From Chloroflexota bacterium (GTDB taxonomy: Bacteria; Chloroflexota; Anaerolineae; UBA2200), in the NCBI GenBank assembly GCA_030607875.1, contig JAUWJD010000012.1:11130-75129 (forward strand): a stretch of DNA of 64,000 nt. The letters are read 5' to 3'. The notes under the pieces were generated by a model. That model worked only from the letters and a program-made list of their open reading frames with translations, made no database searches and was not told the DNA's origin. A program made the translations under genes and the position numbers. The number at the start of each line of letters is the position of its first letter. Within the stretch, counting starts at the first letter, position 1. Positions 39,412 to 49,653 of this stretch are shown here, piece after piece.

Positions 39412-40573
39412 TTACACAGCGGCAGTGCGCCAAGGTGCGGGCATCGGGCGCTACACGCGACACCTGGTCCATGCCCTGCTGGAGCTTGACCAACAGAATG
39501 AATACGTCTTGTTGGCCGCCACCGCCGGCAGCAGGGGAGCAATCAAATCCCAGGGTGACAGAGCTTGCTCGGGATTTGGTCATGGGGCATTCGATATTGC
39601 ACGCAGCGCTAACGTACGCGCGGTCAATCTGCCTGTGTCCGACCGCACCCTGGCTATCCTCTGGCACCGCTTGCGACTGCCATTGTGGGTAGAGTTGGTC
39701 TGTGGTGCGTTGGATGTATTTCACTCCCCGGATTTTACCTTGCCGCCTGTGCGCCGGGCACGCACGGTGCTGACCGTTCATGATCTTTCCTTCATGCGCG
39801 TACCCGAGTGCTCTGATCCTGGCCTGCGTTCCTATCTGTTGCAGGCCGTACCCAGATCAGTGCGCCGTGCGGACATCGTACTGGCCGACTCGCAGTGCAC
39901 CCGCATGGATGTGATCGAGTTGCTGGGCGCAGATGCAGCTCGAGTGGAGGTCATCTATCCGGGGGTAGAGCGGCGTTTCCAGCGTGTGAGAGATGCCGAT
40001 GTGCTGCAGGCGGTACGCAAGCGTTATGGCCTGCCAGCGCGTTTTGTGCTCGGGCTGGGAACACTGCAGCCGCGGAAGAACTTTGAACGCTTGATCGAGG
40101 CTTACGCCAGGCTTAGAGGAGACGAGGGGAGTGACATTCAGTTGGTTATCGTCGGTGCCACAGGTTGGATGTATGAAGGCATCTTTCGACGGGTTGCAGA
40201 GCTGGAGTTAAAGGGCTCAGTACACTTCCCAGGCTATGTCGCTGACGACGACCTGCCGGCCCTGTATACCCTGGCAGACCTGTTTGTCTTTCCCTCTCTC
40301 TACGAGGGCTTTGGTCTGCCCCCGCTCGAAGCAATGGCCTGTGAGACGCCGGTGGTCACTTCCAATGTCTCATCGTTGCCTGAGGTGGTTGGCGATGCGG
40401 CGTTGAAGGTCAATCCCCTGGACGGCGCTGCACTGGCACAGGCGATGCAGGGTGTGCTCAGTGACGTGTCCCTGCGTAACGAGATGACCCAGCGTGGGAT
40501 GGCGCAGGCACGGGCCTTTACGTGGGCGCGGGCGGCGACGAAACTACTAGGGGTGTATCAGAGATTGGCCTAG
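39395..40573 (+). CDS. GT4-family glycosyltransferase
   Basis: MRIGID..AGIGRY; TVHDLSF; GTLQPRKN; FVFPSLYEGFGLPPLEAMAC. Confidence 0.92.
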   Translation: MRIGIDYTAAVRQGAGIGRYTRHLVHALLELDQQNEYVLLAATAGSRGAIKSQGDRACSGFGHGAFDIARSANVRAVNLPVSDRTLAILWHRLRLPLWVELVCGALDVFHSPDFTLPPVRRARTVLTVHDLSFMRVPECSDPGLRSYLLQAVPRSVRRADIVLADSQCTRMDVIELLGADAARVEVIYPGVERRFQRVRDADVLQAVRKRYGLPARFVLGLGTLQPRKNFERLIEAYARLRGDEGSDIQLVIVGATGWMYEGIFRRVAELELKGSVHFPGYVADDDLPALYTLADLFVFPSLYEGFGLPPLEAMACETPVVTSNVSSLPEVVGDAALKVNPLDGAALAQAMQGVLSDVSLRNEMTQRGMAQARAFTWARAATKLLGVYQRLA

Positions 40574-40723
40574 ACGGTAGCTGCCGCACTTTTTCTGGGG
40601 CCAGCAGCAACAAAATCTGTTCTGCGGGCTGCTGGTTTGCACCTTTTGCCTGGTGGTGTTACAATAACAATTGCCCTTGTCTTTCGGCGAGATCGACAGT
40701 CAATACTTCAAGGAGGAAGCGAA

Positions 40724-41905
40724 ATGAAATTGGCACAGAGAATGTCGCGACTGGGCACCGAGACTGCTTTCGAGGTGCTGGTGAGGGCCCGGGCATTGGA
40801 GGCTCAGGGCCGAGAGGTTGTACACCTGGAGATTGGAGAGCCCGACTTTGACACGCCTTCCAACATCATTGAAGCGGCGTGTCGTGCCTTGCACAGCGGC
40901 TACACGCACTATGGGCCGTCCGCCGGGCTGCCTGAATTCCGCAAAGCCATCGCTGAAGATGTCTCCAAGTCGCGTGGCATCAAGGTCGATCCGAACCAGG
41001 TTGTTGTCACCCCAGGTGGAAAACCGATCATGTTCTTCACCATTATGGCCCTGGCTGAGCCCGGTGATGAAGTGATCTACCCCAACCCCGGTTACCCTAT
41101 CTATGAGTCCGTAATCAACTTTGTAGGTGCAAAGGCCGTGCCCCTACGCTTTTCGGAGGAGCGCGAATTCCGCTTTGACGTTGACGAATTGCGAAGCAAG
41201 GTCACTCCTCGCACCAGAATGATCATCATCAACTCGCCGCACAATCCTTGTGGCAGCATGCTGTCCTTGGACGATTTGCAAGCTATCGCCGAGATTGCTA
41301 CAGAGCGCGATATCATGGTCCTTTCGGACGAGATTTACATCCGGCTCGTGTACGAAGGCGAGTTCGCGAGCGTTACACGTTTCCCCGGTATGATGGAGCA
41401 CACGATCATCCTGGATGGCTTTTCCAAGACCTATGCCATGACTGGTTGGCGACTGGGTTACGGAGTCATGCCGGAAGAATTGGCCACGCAGGTGGCCAAG
41501 CTGATGACAAACTCGAATTCGTGCACGGCAAGCGCAACGCAAATCGCGGGTCTCGAGGCCCTCACAGGCCCACAGGATGAATCCTACAAGATGGCGGCTG
41601 CGTTCAAGAAACGGCGTGATGTCATCGTCAAGGGCTTGAACGAGATCCCAGGCATCCGTTGCTTGCTGCCCAGGGGTGCCTTTTATGCATTCCCGAATGT
41701 CGAAGGGGTTATCAAGCGGGGCAAGTTTGCCAACTCCAAGGCACTGGCGGACTATCTTCTGCAAGAGGCCGGGGTCGCCTCGCTGTCCGGCGCTGCCTTT
41801 GGCGAGTATGGGGAAGGCTACTTGCGCTTCTCGTACGCGAACTCGATTGAGAATATCAGCAAGGCACTGCAGTGGATTGGTGAGGCGGTGGCCAAGCTGG
41901 GCTAG
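40724..41905 (+). CDS. PLP-dependent class I/II aminotransferase (aspartate aminotransferase-like)
   Basis: LEIGEPDF, INSPHNP, LSDEIY, GFSKTYAMTGWRLGY, YLRFSYA; AGGAGG RBS. Confidence 0.92.
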   Translation: MKLAQRMSRLGTETAFEVLVRARALEAQGREVVHLEIGEPDFDTPSNIIEAACRALHSGYTHYGPSAGLPEFRKAIAEDVSKSRGIKVDPNQVVVTPGGKPIMFFTIMALAEPGDEVIYPNPGYPIYESVINFVGAKAVPLRFSEEREFRFDVDELRSKVTPRTRMIIINSPHNPCGSMLSLDDLQAIAEIATERDIMVLSDEIYIRLVYEGEFASVTRFPGMMEHTIILDGFSKTYAMTGWRLGYGVMPEELATQVAKLMTNSNSCTASATQIAGLEALTGPQDESYKMAAAFKKRRDVIVKGLNEIPGIRCLLPRGAFYAFPNVEGVIKRGKFANSKALADYLLQEAGVASLSGAAFGEYGEGYLRFSYANSIENISKALQWIGEAVAKLG

Positions 41906-41907
41906 CA

Positions 41908-41995
41908 CAAGGCAAATCCAAGATCACAAACCCAAATGACCAAATACCAGGGGTTCGATACCTTAGGATTTGGTCATTTGTTTTTGGTCATTGTG
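41908..41995. repeat. Degenerate short tandem/inverted repeats (CCAAATGACCAAAT / ATTTGGTCATTTG) between convergent genes
   Basis: Heptamer-like units followed by their reverse complements. Confidence 0.5.
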
Positions 41996-42790
41996 AATGG
42001 TGATTGGCAGGTAGAGCCGGTGTGGTGTCGCCGTCGGTGTCGCTGTCTGCGTCGCTGTCATCGTCGCAGTTGGTGTATTCGTTAGAGTGCTCGTACAGGT
42101 GGGCGTTGGCGTAGGGGTTGGCGGATTCCAGTGCACTTCGAGCCAGGGATGCCGGGTGCTGTCAATGAAGCGGGAGGAATAGAACGCAGTTCTGCCAAAG
42201 GCCTCGCTGTATCCGCGCAACATCAGGCCATGATTGCTCCCATTGACCCATTGTTGTACGATGCTTGTCACGGGAATGTCCGCCCACGTCCCCTGGGCGG
42301 TGGTTTCCGTCACTTCGTTGGGATAGTGGCTCTGGCAGCGGTCGCTGCTGCCGTTGCCGCCTGGCACTGCCCAAGGCACGCCGGAGGAAGCGTGGTGCCA
42401 GGTGGCTTCTTCGGGGCTCCATGCTTTCTTCATGCAGTAGGCAGCGAACTTGCACGGCGCACGGAATGTGTCCGGGTTTTGTCCGAGCGGTACGTATAGA
42501 TGCAGTCGGGCGAATGTGACACTGGAGCCGGGCGGGATAGAAGAAACGTCGAATTTGAGCAAGGGTACGATCTTGTCATCCGCACGGAGTATCAGCCATG
42601 TAGTCTCGAAATGATGTGGTATGTGTGGCTGATAAAAGTCGATGTAGGTATCGGCAGAAACTTGGAACTGGTGCCAGTCTTGCGCCACAGTCCCTTGCCC
42701 AAGGCCGGGCAGAACCCAAACAAGTGCCATGGCGCTTGTCAGGCACAAGGTGACGATGAACCAACTCACTCTCGGCAGTGCTTTGTGCAT
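41963..42790 (-). CDS. Secreted DNRLRE-like domain protein with Pro/Thr tail
   Basis: Signal peptide; ADTYI...LLKFDVSSIP..ARLHLY...VTSIVQQW..NHGLML..FYSS..PWLEV; C-terminal RLYLPI. Confidence 0.75.
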   Translation of the reverse strand: MHKALPRVSWFIVTLCLTSAMALVWVLPGLGQGTVAQDWHQFQVSADTYIDFYQPHIPHHFETTWLILRADDKIVPLLKFDVSSIPPGSSVTFARLHLYVPLGQNPDTFRAPCKFAAYCMKKAWSPEEATWHHASSGVPWAVPGGNGSSDRCQSHYPNEVTETTAQGTWADIPVTSIVQQWVNGSNHGLMLRGYSEAFGRTAFYSSRFIDSTRHPWLEVHWNPPTPTPTPTCTSTLTNTPTATMTATQTATPTATPHRLYLPITIHNDQKQMTKS

Positions 42791-42862
42791 GTTTTTTCTC
42801 CCTCTGTCTGGGATGTATCCCCTTAGAGCCCCGATAGACCGGACAAAGATGGCGCGAGGTCG

Positions 42863-43414
42863 CTACGTCTTCTCGTACTTCTCTGGCTTCAGTACGCCAA
42901 TGTAGGGAAGGCTGCGATAGATCTCGGCAAAGTCCAGGCCGTAGCCGATGACGAACTTGTTGGGAATCTCGAACCCGACATAGTCCACCGAAATGTCGAT
43001 CTGGCGACGAGAAGGCTTGTTCAGCAGGGTGCAGATGCGCAGGCTCTTTGGATGCCTGGTCTGCAGGTTGCGCGTGATGTAGTTGAGTGTGCGGCCGGTA
43101 TCAATGATGTCTTCCACAATCAGCACGTTGCGGCCTTCGATGTTCGTGTCCAGGTCTTTCAAGATGCGCACGATGCCGCTGGACTCGGTGCTGGCCCCGT
43201 AGCTGGAGATGGCCATGAAATCAATGGAATGTGCAATGGTGATCTCACGCATCAGGTCAGCGAGAAAAGTGATGGCTCCCTTCAACACGCAAACCAGCAC
43301 CAAATCCTGCCTCTCATAGTCCTTCGAGATTTGCCGGCCTAGCTCTCGTATCCTTTCCTGGATTTGCTTCTCGGTGATCAGGATTTCTGCCACATCACTG
43401 TCAAGGTTGGACAT
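42863..43414 (-). CDS. hpt: Hypoxanthine phosphoribosyltransferase
   Basis: VLKGA, ISSYG, VLIVEDIIDTGRTL, FVIGYGLD. Confidence 0.96.
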   Translation of the reverse strand: MSNLDSDVAEILITEKQIQERIRELGRQISKDYERQDLVLVCVLKGAITFLADLMREITIAHSIDFMAISSYGASTESSGIVRILKDLDTNIEGRNVLIVEDIIDTGRTLNYITRNLQTRHPKSLRICTLLNKPSRRQIDISVDYVGFEIPNKFVIGYGLDFAEIYRSLPYIGVLKPEKYEKT

Positions 43415-43542
43415 AGGCCTTCTCTCCCACAGGTTCTGATGATTCTATGGATTGCTGAATCAACAATCAGGCTCCCTCGGCTGCTACCAAGAGTTCGCTA
43501 CTGCGTGTAGGGTGGCGGCATGATCGCCTAGCCCCACTGCCC

Positions 43543-44730
43543 TTACAACACTCGGCAAATGAGCCCTTTGAGATACGCTCCTTCAGGAAAAGTCAACAAT
43601 ACCGGGTGATCCGCGGCCTGTGAAAGCCTTTCCAGTATTTGGACGTCGCGCTGGGCATCCACGCTGGCTCCGAAAACCACCTTCTGGAACAGATCCGCCG
43701 TGACCAGGCCGGAGCAGGACATGGTGAACAGGATGCCCTCTGGGCGCAGCAACTGCATTGCCAGCAAGTTGATGTCCTTGTATCCACGACAGGCGGCTTG
43801 CACCTGCGAGCGCTTGTAGGCGAACTTGGGTGGATCCAGAATGATCAGATCAAACTGTCGTCCTTCGCCTCGATACTGGCGCAAAACAGCGAACACGTCG
43901 CCCACTACGTATTCGTCATTGCGCTCTCCCAGTCCGTTGCGCTGCATGTTGCTGCGGGCCAGGGCCAGCGCCTCGGTAGAGGTATCCACGTTTGTGATCT
44001 GTTGGGCTCCGCAGTGGGCGGCATAGACGGTGAAACTGCCTGTGTAGGCGAAGGCATTCAACACACTGCGACCGGCGCTGTAGCTGCTCAGTCGCTGGCG
44101 GTTGTCTCGTTGATCCAGGTAGAAACCTGTCTTTTGCCCACTCTTGATGTCCACCTGGAAGCAATAGCCGTTCTCCCTGATCTCCACCAGGTCAGGTGGC
44201 TCTTTGCCCCACAGCAGGCCAGTGCTTGGGCCGAGGTGCTCCTTCTCGCGGACGTTGACATCGCTGCGTTCGTAGATCCCTTCTGGCTGCAAGAGTTCAG
44301 CCAGGATGCCTACAATCTCTGACTTGCGCTGCTCTATACCAAGCGTTAGCGCTTGAACCACCAGATGATCACTATAGCGATCAACAACGAGGCCAGGGAG
44401 CAGGTCAGATTCAGCGTGGATCAGACGGTAGGCGGTTGTGGCTTCGTCCTGCAGCAGCGCTCGACGGCCTTCCAGGGCCCGTTGTATGCGCTGCCGCCAG
44501 AAGGCTCGATCAGGAATCTCATCCTCAACCCAGGTAAGCAAGCGAACGGTGATCTGCGAGTGGCGGTTGATGTAGCCCCTGGCCAGGAAGCGGTGTCTCT
44601 CATCCACTACCTCCACGATGTCGCCATCGACTGGCTTTCCTTCAATGCGCCCGATGGCTCCGGAAAAGATCCACGGGTGGCGGTTGAGAACTGGTTTCTC
44701 CCTGCCTGGTCTCAGGATGACCGTGCCCAT
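43543..44730 (-). CDS. rlmI: RlmI-like class I SAM-dependent rRNA methyltransferase
   Basis: PUA domain HPWIFSG; GQKTGFYLDQRDNR; ILDPPKF; PEGAYLKG. Confidence 0.8.
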   Translation of the reverse strand: MGTVILRPGREKPVLNRHPWIFSGAIGRIEGKPVDGDIVEVVDERHRFLARGYINRHSQITVRLLTWVEDEIPDRAFWRQRIQRALEGRRALLQDEATTAYRLIHAESDLLPGLVVDRYSDHLVVQALTLGIEQRKSEIVGILAELLQPEGIYERSDVNVREKEHLGPSTGLLWGKEPPDLVEIRENGYCFQVDIKSGQKTGFYLDQRDNRQRLSSYSAGRSVLNAFAYTGSFTVYAAHCGAQQITNVDTSTEALALARSNMQRNGLGERNDEYVVGDVFAVLRQYRGEGRQFDLIILDPPKFAYKRSQVQAACRGYKDINLLAMQLLRPEGILFTMSCSGLVTADLFQKVVFGASVDAQRDVQILERLSQAADHPVLLTFPEGAYLKGLICRVL

Positions 44731-44731
44731 G

Positions 44732-46237
44732 CTAGGCCTCGCTTCTGTTGCCCTTGATGAAGGATAGGTACAGTACGCGCCTGGTCGTCTCCGTTACTTT
44801 GGCCCGTTCGTCAATGCGCCAGCCAGGCATCCACAGAACTTGACTGGGCGATACGAGTAGGGGGATCTGATTCCGCCAGGCGCGAGGAATCTTGGCGTTG
44901 ATCATAAAGTTGTTGACAGTAGTGGGCTTGTTGCCCAGGCCCTGTGGCCAGAAGCGGTCGCCGGTATGCCGGGGCCGCAGCCACAACTCGCCGCCCGTGA
45001 TGTCATAGTCGAGGTAGGCCTGCCATGGCTGGGTGTGTTGTAGGGATTGCTCGTCCAGCGTTTGGCGTTCGAGGACCTGCGCAGTGATATGCCAATCCGA
45101 CTCGGGCAGGGCCGTCTGACCAGGAATGGACAGGTTGACCTCAGTCTGGCGCAGCCACGGCAGGTCCGGCAATGGCTCGGCGTATTCCTTGCTGGCCACG
45201 ATGAATTGGTCATAACCTATCCTGACCTCCAGGCCACGTGGGAGGGTCACCGCCGTACCCGTGGTGCCTTCTTGCAGTACGCTTATGGCGTTGTCTATGT
45301 GCACCCAGTTGATGTTGCGCAGTGAACGGCGCAGGCGATGGATTGCCTCCCGGAGGACCGATCTCTGCAGGCTGAGCGGCAGTGAACGCCACTTCCTGAG
45401 GTCAAAGGCAACCGCTTGCTCGCTTTCAGTGAGGGTCGACTCAGCCCAGGCTTTGGCTGCCTGCTGCCGTAATAGGGCGTAGTCGGCGGTGATGATTTTT
45501 GCAGAACGGAGGATGCCCTCCCGGATCCGCGGGTTGAAGGTCTCCAAGAAGGGCAGCAGTTCGTGCCGCAACCTGTTGCGGTAGTACGTGGTGTCTAGGT
45601 TTGAACGGTCAAAACGCGGCTGCAGGCCCTGTTCAGCACAGTATGCTTCGATGTCGGCCCTTGGGCTCTCCAGCAGAGGTCTGATTAGCAGTAATCGATC
45701 CTTTGCTTTGTCCGGGCTGACTTCTTCATCTGCAAGCCGCAGTTCCTGGAGCCTGGATGCTGGCTGCATTCCCCTGAGGCCAGCCAGGCCCGATCCCCGC
45801 AGCCAGTGCATCAATATGGTCTCCACCTGGTCGTCGGCATTGTGCCCCACAGCGATCTTGGGCGCACCCGTACGCCGTGCGACGCGGGCCAGGAAGGCAT
45901 AGCGTGCCTGGCGGGCGGCTTCCTCGATGGCGAGCTTTTTCTCTCTGGCCAAGGCAGCGACATCTCGCGATTCGATGCTTGCTGGCAGCCCCCATTCCTC
46001 CGCCAATTGCGCCACAAATGCTGCGTCAGCATCTGCCTCTGCCCCGCGCAGGCAGTGATTGAGGTGAGCGACGTGCAGCTTTAGAGCATACTCATCGCGC
46101 AGGCGTAGAAGTAGGTGCAGCAGGCAGAGTGAATCCGGGCCACCAGAGACGCCTACGACGACCGCATCTCCGCTGTCGAGCAATTGATCACGTTCGATTA
46201 TGCTCTGCACACGTTTGAGGAGTTCCATGCTTTCCAA
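44732..46237 (-). CDS. tilS: tRNA(Ile)-lysidine synthetase
   Basis: VGVSGGPDS, HLNHCLRG, EEAARQARY, GHNADDQVET, IRPLL, RNRLRHELLP. Confidence 0.95.
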   Translation of the reverse strand: MESMELLKRVQSIIERDQLLDSGDAVVVGVSGGPDSLCLLHLLLRLRDEYALKLHVAHLNHCLRGAEADADAAFVAQLAEEWGLPASIESRDVAALAREKKLAIEEAARQARYAFLARVARRTGAPKIAVGHNADDQVETILMHWLRGSGLAGLRGMQPASRLQELRLADEEVSPDKAKDRLLLIRPLLESPRADIEAYCAEQGLQPRFDRSNLDTTYYRNRLRHELLPFLETFNPRIREGILRSAKIITADYALLRQQAAKAWAESTLTESEQAVAFDLRKWRSLPLSLQRSVLREAIHRLRRSLRNINWVHIDNAISVLQEGTTGTAVTLPRGLEVRIGYDQFIVASKEYAEPLPDLPWLRQTEVNLSIPGQTALPESDWHITAQVLERQTLDEQSLQHTQPWQAYLDYDITGGELWLRPRHTGDRFWPQGLGNKPTTVNNFMINAKIPRAWRNQIPLLVSPSQVLWMPGWRIDERAKVTETTRRVLYLSFIKGNRSEA

Positions 46238-46317
46238 GACCCTGATCTGCTGTGCAACACGTGTGTGACGTAAGGAGGGCAGAAACGGTTCGCCCGGCCA
46301 TGAACTGGTGGAATCCT

Positions 46318-46674
46318 TCAGCGAATCTCGGCGGTATGGAAGGAAACGTTGGTGGAGGGATGCACCTGTTTGTCAATCCAATCCAGGTAGTCTGTGGTGC
46401 CGGCGATAATTGGCAGCGCGATGATTTCGGGAACCTCGTAGCTGTGCAACTGCTTGACCCGGACTGCCAGCGGTTCGAGCATCTCCGTTGCTGTCTTGAC
46501 GATCAGCAGCACTTCCTGGTCATCTTGAACCTGGCCCTCCCAGCGGTAGACCGATTGGATGGGTGAGATGATATTGACGCAGGCAGCCAGTCGCTCGTCT
46601 ACCAGGGTGCGGGCGATATTCTGCCCTTCATCAACTGAGCCTGTGGTAATGAGGATAACGATGTGTGCTGACAT
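46318..46674 (-). CDS. cutA: Divalent-cation tolerance protein CutA
   Basis: LVDERLAACVNI..SVYRWEG..HSYEVPEIIALP. Confidence 0.93.
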   Translation of the reverse strand: MSAHIVILITTGSVDEGQNIARTLVDERLAACVNIISPIQSVYRWEGQVQDDQEVLLIVKTATEMLEPLAVRVKQLHSYEVPEIIALPIIAGTTDYLDWIDKQVHPSTNVSFHTAEIR

Positions 46675-46949
46675 GTGCAACTCCTGTTGGAGCTATTCTA
46701 TCGCAAGACGGAGCAAAAGCAAATCATGCACGCTGGTAGCTGTCGACACCTGACGGTGTGAACATTGCCTCGCATCTGCTCGCAGGCCCTGGTCGTCCGC
46801 CTTGGAGGCTGCGGCGATCACCGACGTGCACAAGGTGGTTGGCCATCTCAAGAGGAAGGACTTGCCGGCAAGACTCTCCACGGTAACTGTAGTTGCACAT
46901 TGAGTGGTCCCCCAGAACTCTGGCCTGCCCTACTAGGAGGTGTTGGCGA

Positions 46950-47520
46950 GGGGAGGATGCCCATGGCCCAACCGGACATGAGGGGGTTTGGCCTACCAAC
47001 GAGGACAGGTCATCCCGACTGGCAGGAGCCAGCAGCGGAGGGTATTCCAGTTTGACCCTGCCTTAACAAAGACGAACGCAGCGGACACGCTGCGTTCATC
47101 TTGCGTAGAGGTGGGGCCTGGCAAAGGGCGCACCATATCGCTGCACTCTCAGGAAGCCTTGATACAACAGGCCCGCGAGTTCCAGCAAAGTGAGGGCAAT
47201 GCACCTCATCGTGCGCTTCGACAAGTGGTCGAGCATCGGCTGGCTCGCTTGATGCAGTTGGGAGTTCGCCAATCACGCTATTTGGGCAGGAAAAAGACGC
47301 TGTTCCAACTGCTCATGGCCGCCACAGTCGCCAATCTGACCCTGGTAGCGACCAAAACGGGCCAAATGCGAACCCGAGGCGGCCACAAACATCTTTTTTG
47401 ATCTCCCGTTCTTGACTTCCTGATTGCTCGTGCTACTAATCGCGCCCTGTCTTTGGCTCGTGGCCTGGACCGCAAAACCCAAAGACGATCCCAATAAACA
47501 CTCTTGGGCTAGATTTCTAG
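46950..47520 (+). mobile_element. Degraded IS1182-like transposase 3' fragment
   Basis: RQVVEHRLARLMQLGVRQSRYLGRKKTLFQLLMAATVANL resembles a DDE transposase C-terminus; N-terminal part is missing or frameshifted. Confidence 0.65.
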
Positions 47521-47945
47521 GGGATGCGCAGCTTCTGTCCCGGATGGATCAGATTCGGGTTGTCCCCAATGAGCTCTTTGTTGGCCTCATAGATCTCAGG
47601 CCAGCGCTTGGCGTCGCCAAGTAGCTCCTTGGCGATCTTGGAGAGAGAGTCGCCGCTCTTCACCTCGTAGATCTGTTCTTTCGCAGCGGCTTTGTCGGGC
47701 TGGGCGCCCTTTTCTGCCATGCGCTTCATCGCTTCTTTGGCTTCTTCCTTGAGCTTCTGCCTCTCCAGCTTCTTCTTCTCTCGCTCCGCAGCGGCCTTTC
47801 GCGCTTCTTCCATCTCTTTCTTGCGCGCAGCAAGCTCCTCACGGCGCTTGCGGGCTGTTTCCTCGGACACTCGCTGAGGGGCCTCTTCCTTCTTCTCCTC
47901 TTCCTTCTTGCCTCGGCCAAAGATCCGATCCAGAATCGACGGCAT
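47517..47945 (-). CDS. LysM domain protein with charged coiled coil
   Basis: YEVKSGDSLSKIAKELLGDAKRWPEIYEANK..NPNLIHPGQKLRIP. Confidence 0.88.
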   Translation of the reverse strand: MPSILDRIFGRGKKEEEKKEEAPQRVSEETARKRREELAARKKEMEEARKAAAEREKKKLERQKLKEEAKEAMKRMAEKGAQPDKAAAKEQIYEVKSGDSLSKIAKELLGDAKRWPEIYEANKELIGDNPNLIHPGQKLRIP

Positions 47946-47978
47946 GTTTGTTTCCTCCTGGTTAGTTGATGTCGTGTA

Positions 47979-48386
47979 CTAGTAGGTGAGAATACGAGGC
48001 AGCATCTTGGCCTGTGCTACCCAGTCCTTGACTTGCTTGAGAGTCGGCAAGCGTCGCACGAGCGCTTCGCGCTCGTTCGTTTCCCCGAGTGCCTGGTAGA
48101 GGTTCTCAGGGTTGCGCTGTGCCAGCTCGACAACCGTGTCCACGCCGGCTTCTTCCAACAGATCGGAGTATTCCTCGCCAACTCCCTTGATGCGGAACAG
48201 GTCAGACAAGTTGGCCCATTCCAGGAGCAGCTTGGAGCCGATGCCTGTCTTCTCTGCCAATGCCTTACGCTGGTGCGGGGTTGCGCAGGCCTCTAGCAAG
48301 GCCTCCGTGGTGGTAATGCCAGCTTTCTCCTTCAGGATACTTTTGTAATGTGGCCCAATACCCTCAATGTTGATGATTCGTCCCAT
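47979..48386 (-). CDS. DUF4332-like HhH protein
   Basis: IEGIGP..; DLFRIKGVGEEYSDLLEEAGVDTVVELAQRNPENL. Confidence 0.8.
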   Translation of the reverse strand: MGRIINIEGIGPHYKSILKEKAGITTTEALLEACATPHQRKALAEKTGIGSKLLLEWANLSDLFRIKGVGEEYSDLLEEAGVDTVVELAQRNPENLYQALGETNEREALVRRLPTLKQVKDWVAQAKMLPRILTY

Positions 48387-48957
48387 TTGCCTTATCTCCT
48401 CCTTTGCTATTCTTCGTGATCACACAACTAGGCACCAAGTAGCCTGGATTCAGGCGCGCTTGTTTCAGTACTCGCGCATCACCTCCTCTATCGTATCATT
48501 GTAGTGTTCAGATTCACACTACAGAGTACTGCGCCGAAGGTTGCTAAACTCAGGTGGTCCTTCTCAGACTGTAATTCGGTGAGATACGTTTAGCAATCCG
48601 TGCACGAAGCAGTAGAATTCCGGCAGGCTTGTTGTGGTAGCGATGTATGCCCAGTCGGTTCAGGTCTCGGCATAGCTCTGCTTGATGTCCACGCCTTCAA
48701 AGGACATCCACGGGATAGTTGCTTGCTCCGCTCGGGAAGACGACTTGGGTCCTATTGTATCCCAGGTTCTCTGCCAGTGCAAACTCGGAATGGCGAAAAC
48801 AGCTCGACCTGCTGTTCGCCACGATGTTGCCTGGATTACACAGCAAATAGCCCGATTGCGGAGGGGGGGTAATGCGTAGAACGCGCAATGTAATGGCTTC
48901 GTAGTGGCGACTTTAGTCGCTCTTCTCCGCGAGGGAAGCCTGGCCTGGCTCAGCGGT

Positions 48958-49653
48958 TCACCTCGATGGACAGCGTTCTGTGATCTGATAGGTGCACACT
49001 CGAAAGTTCGTCATGCGGATCTCGAAGACAGACCCGCCCAGGGCTCGCTTGAACTGGCCGTCCTCAAACACGGCGCAGGCATCGTCGTTTATGCCCCAGC
49101 CAGTGGCGGTCTGTGTCTGGGCCATGGCCTCCAGCATGTGGGGCAGGGCCTTCGATGCGCCAAAGTGCACGCTGATGACACAATCCTCGATCAGCCCCAG
49201 TCCGCTGGCCAGACGAACAGACTGTTCACCGGTGTCGTCCGGGGGAATGGCGCAGATCTTTGGAGCTATGAGCGCACCAGCAGACATGCCGGCGTAGGGG
49301 ATGCCCTGCTGGCAGCGCTCGCCGATGATACTGCGCAGGGGCTCCGTTGCGTACAGGCGGTGGTAAGTGGGCGTGTGGCCCCCGCCGACGAAGATGCCGC
49401 TGGCTGCGCGGAGCCTTGTGGCCGCTGCCTCCACGTCTAGCGTACCGTCCTCACGCGGCACGATGGCGTGGTATCGGGTCACGCCGCGCTGCAACCAAGG
49501 CTCGACGTACTGGGCAACGTACTTTTCCCAGTTGGGTCCGCCCTGCAACAACAGGGCGATTGTCGCCGCACTCCCGCCTGCGGCGGGGATGAACGCTTCA
49601 GCAGTTGCGTCAAATGCAGCGCTGCCACTTAGCAGGAAAAGCCTGCAAGTCAT
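48958..49653 (-). CDS. Peptidase S51 / cyanophycinase-like protein
   Basis: GIFVGGGHT; YAGMSAGA nucleophile elbow; VHF; GINDD. Confidence 0.75.
   Translation of the reverse strand: MTCRLFLLSGSAAFDATAEAFIPAAGGSAATIALLLQGGPNWEKYVAQYVEPWLQRGVTRYHAIVPREDGTLDVEAAATRLRAASGIFVGGGHTPTYHRLYATEPLRSIIGERCQQGIPYAGMSAGALIAPKICAIPPDDTGEQSVRLASGLGLIEDCVISVHFGASKALPHMLEAMAQTQTATGWGINDDACAVFEDGQFKRALGGSVFEIRMTNFRVCTYQITERCPSR

Noticed and set aside
42863-46237. rlmI-like gene inserted between tilS and hpt as a novel system
   Set aside because: An ordinary housekeeping cluster variation with no evidence of a new function.
48560-48900. Small ORFs between the DUF4332-like and peptidase S51 genes
   Set aside because: Short overlapping frames with no recognisable motif or RBS; may be a decayed gene but cannot be assigned.
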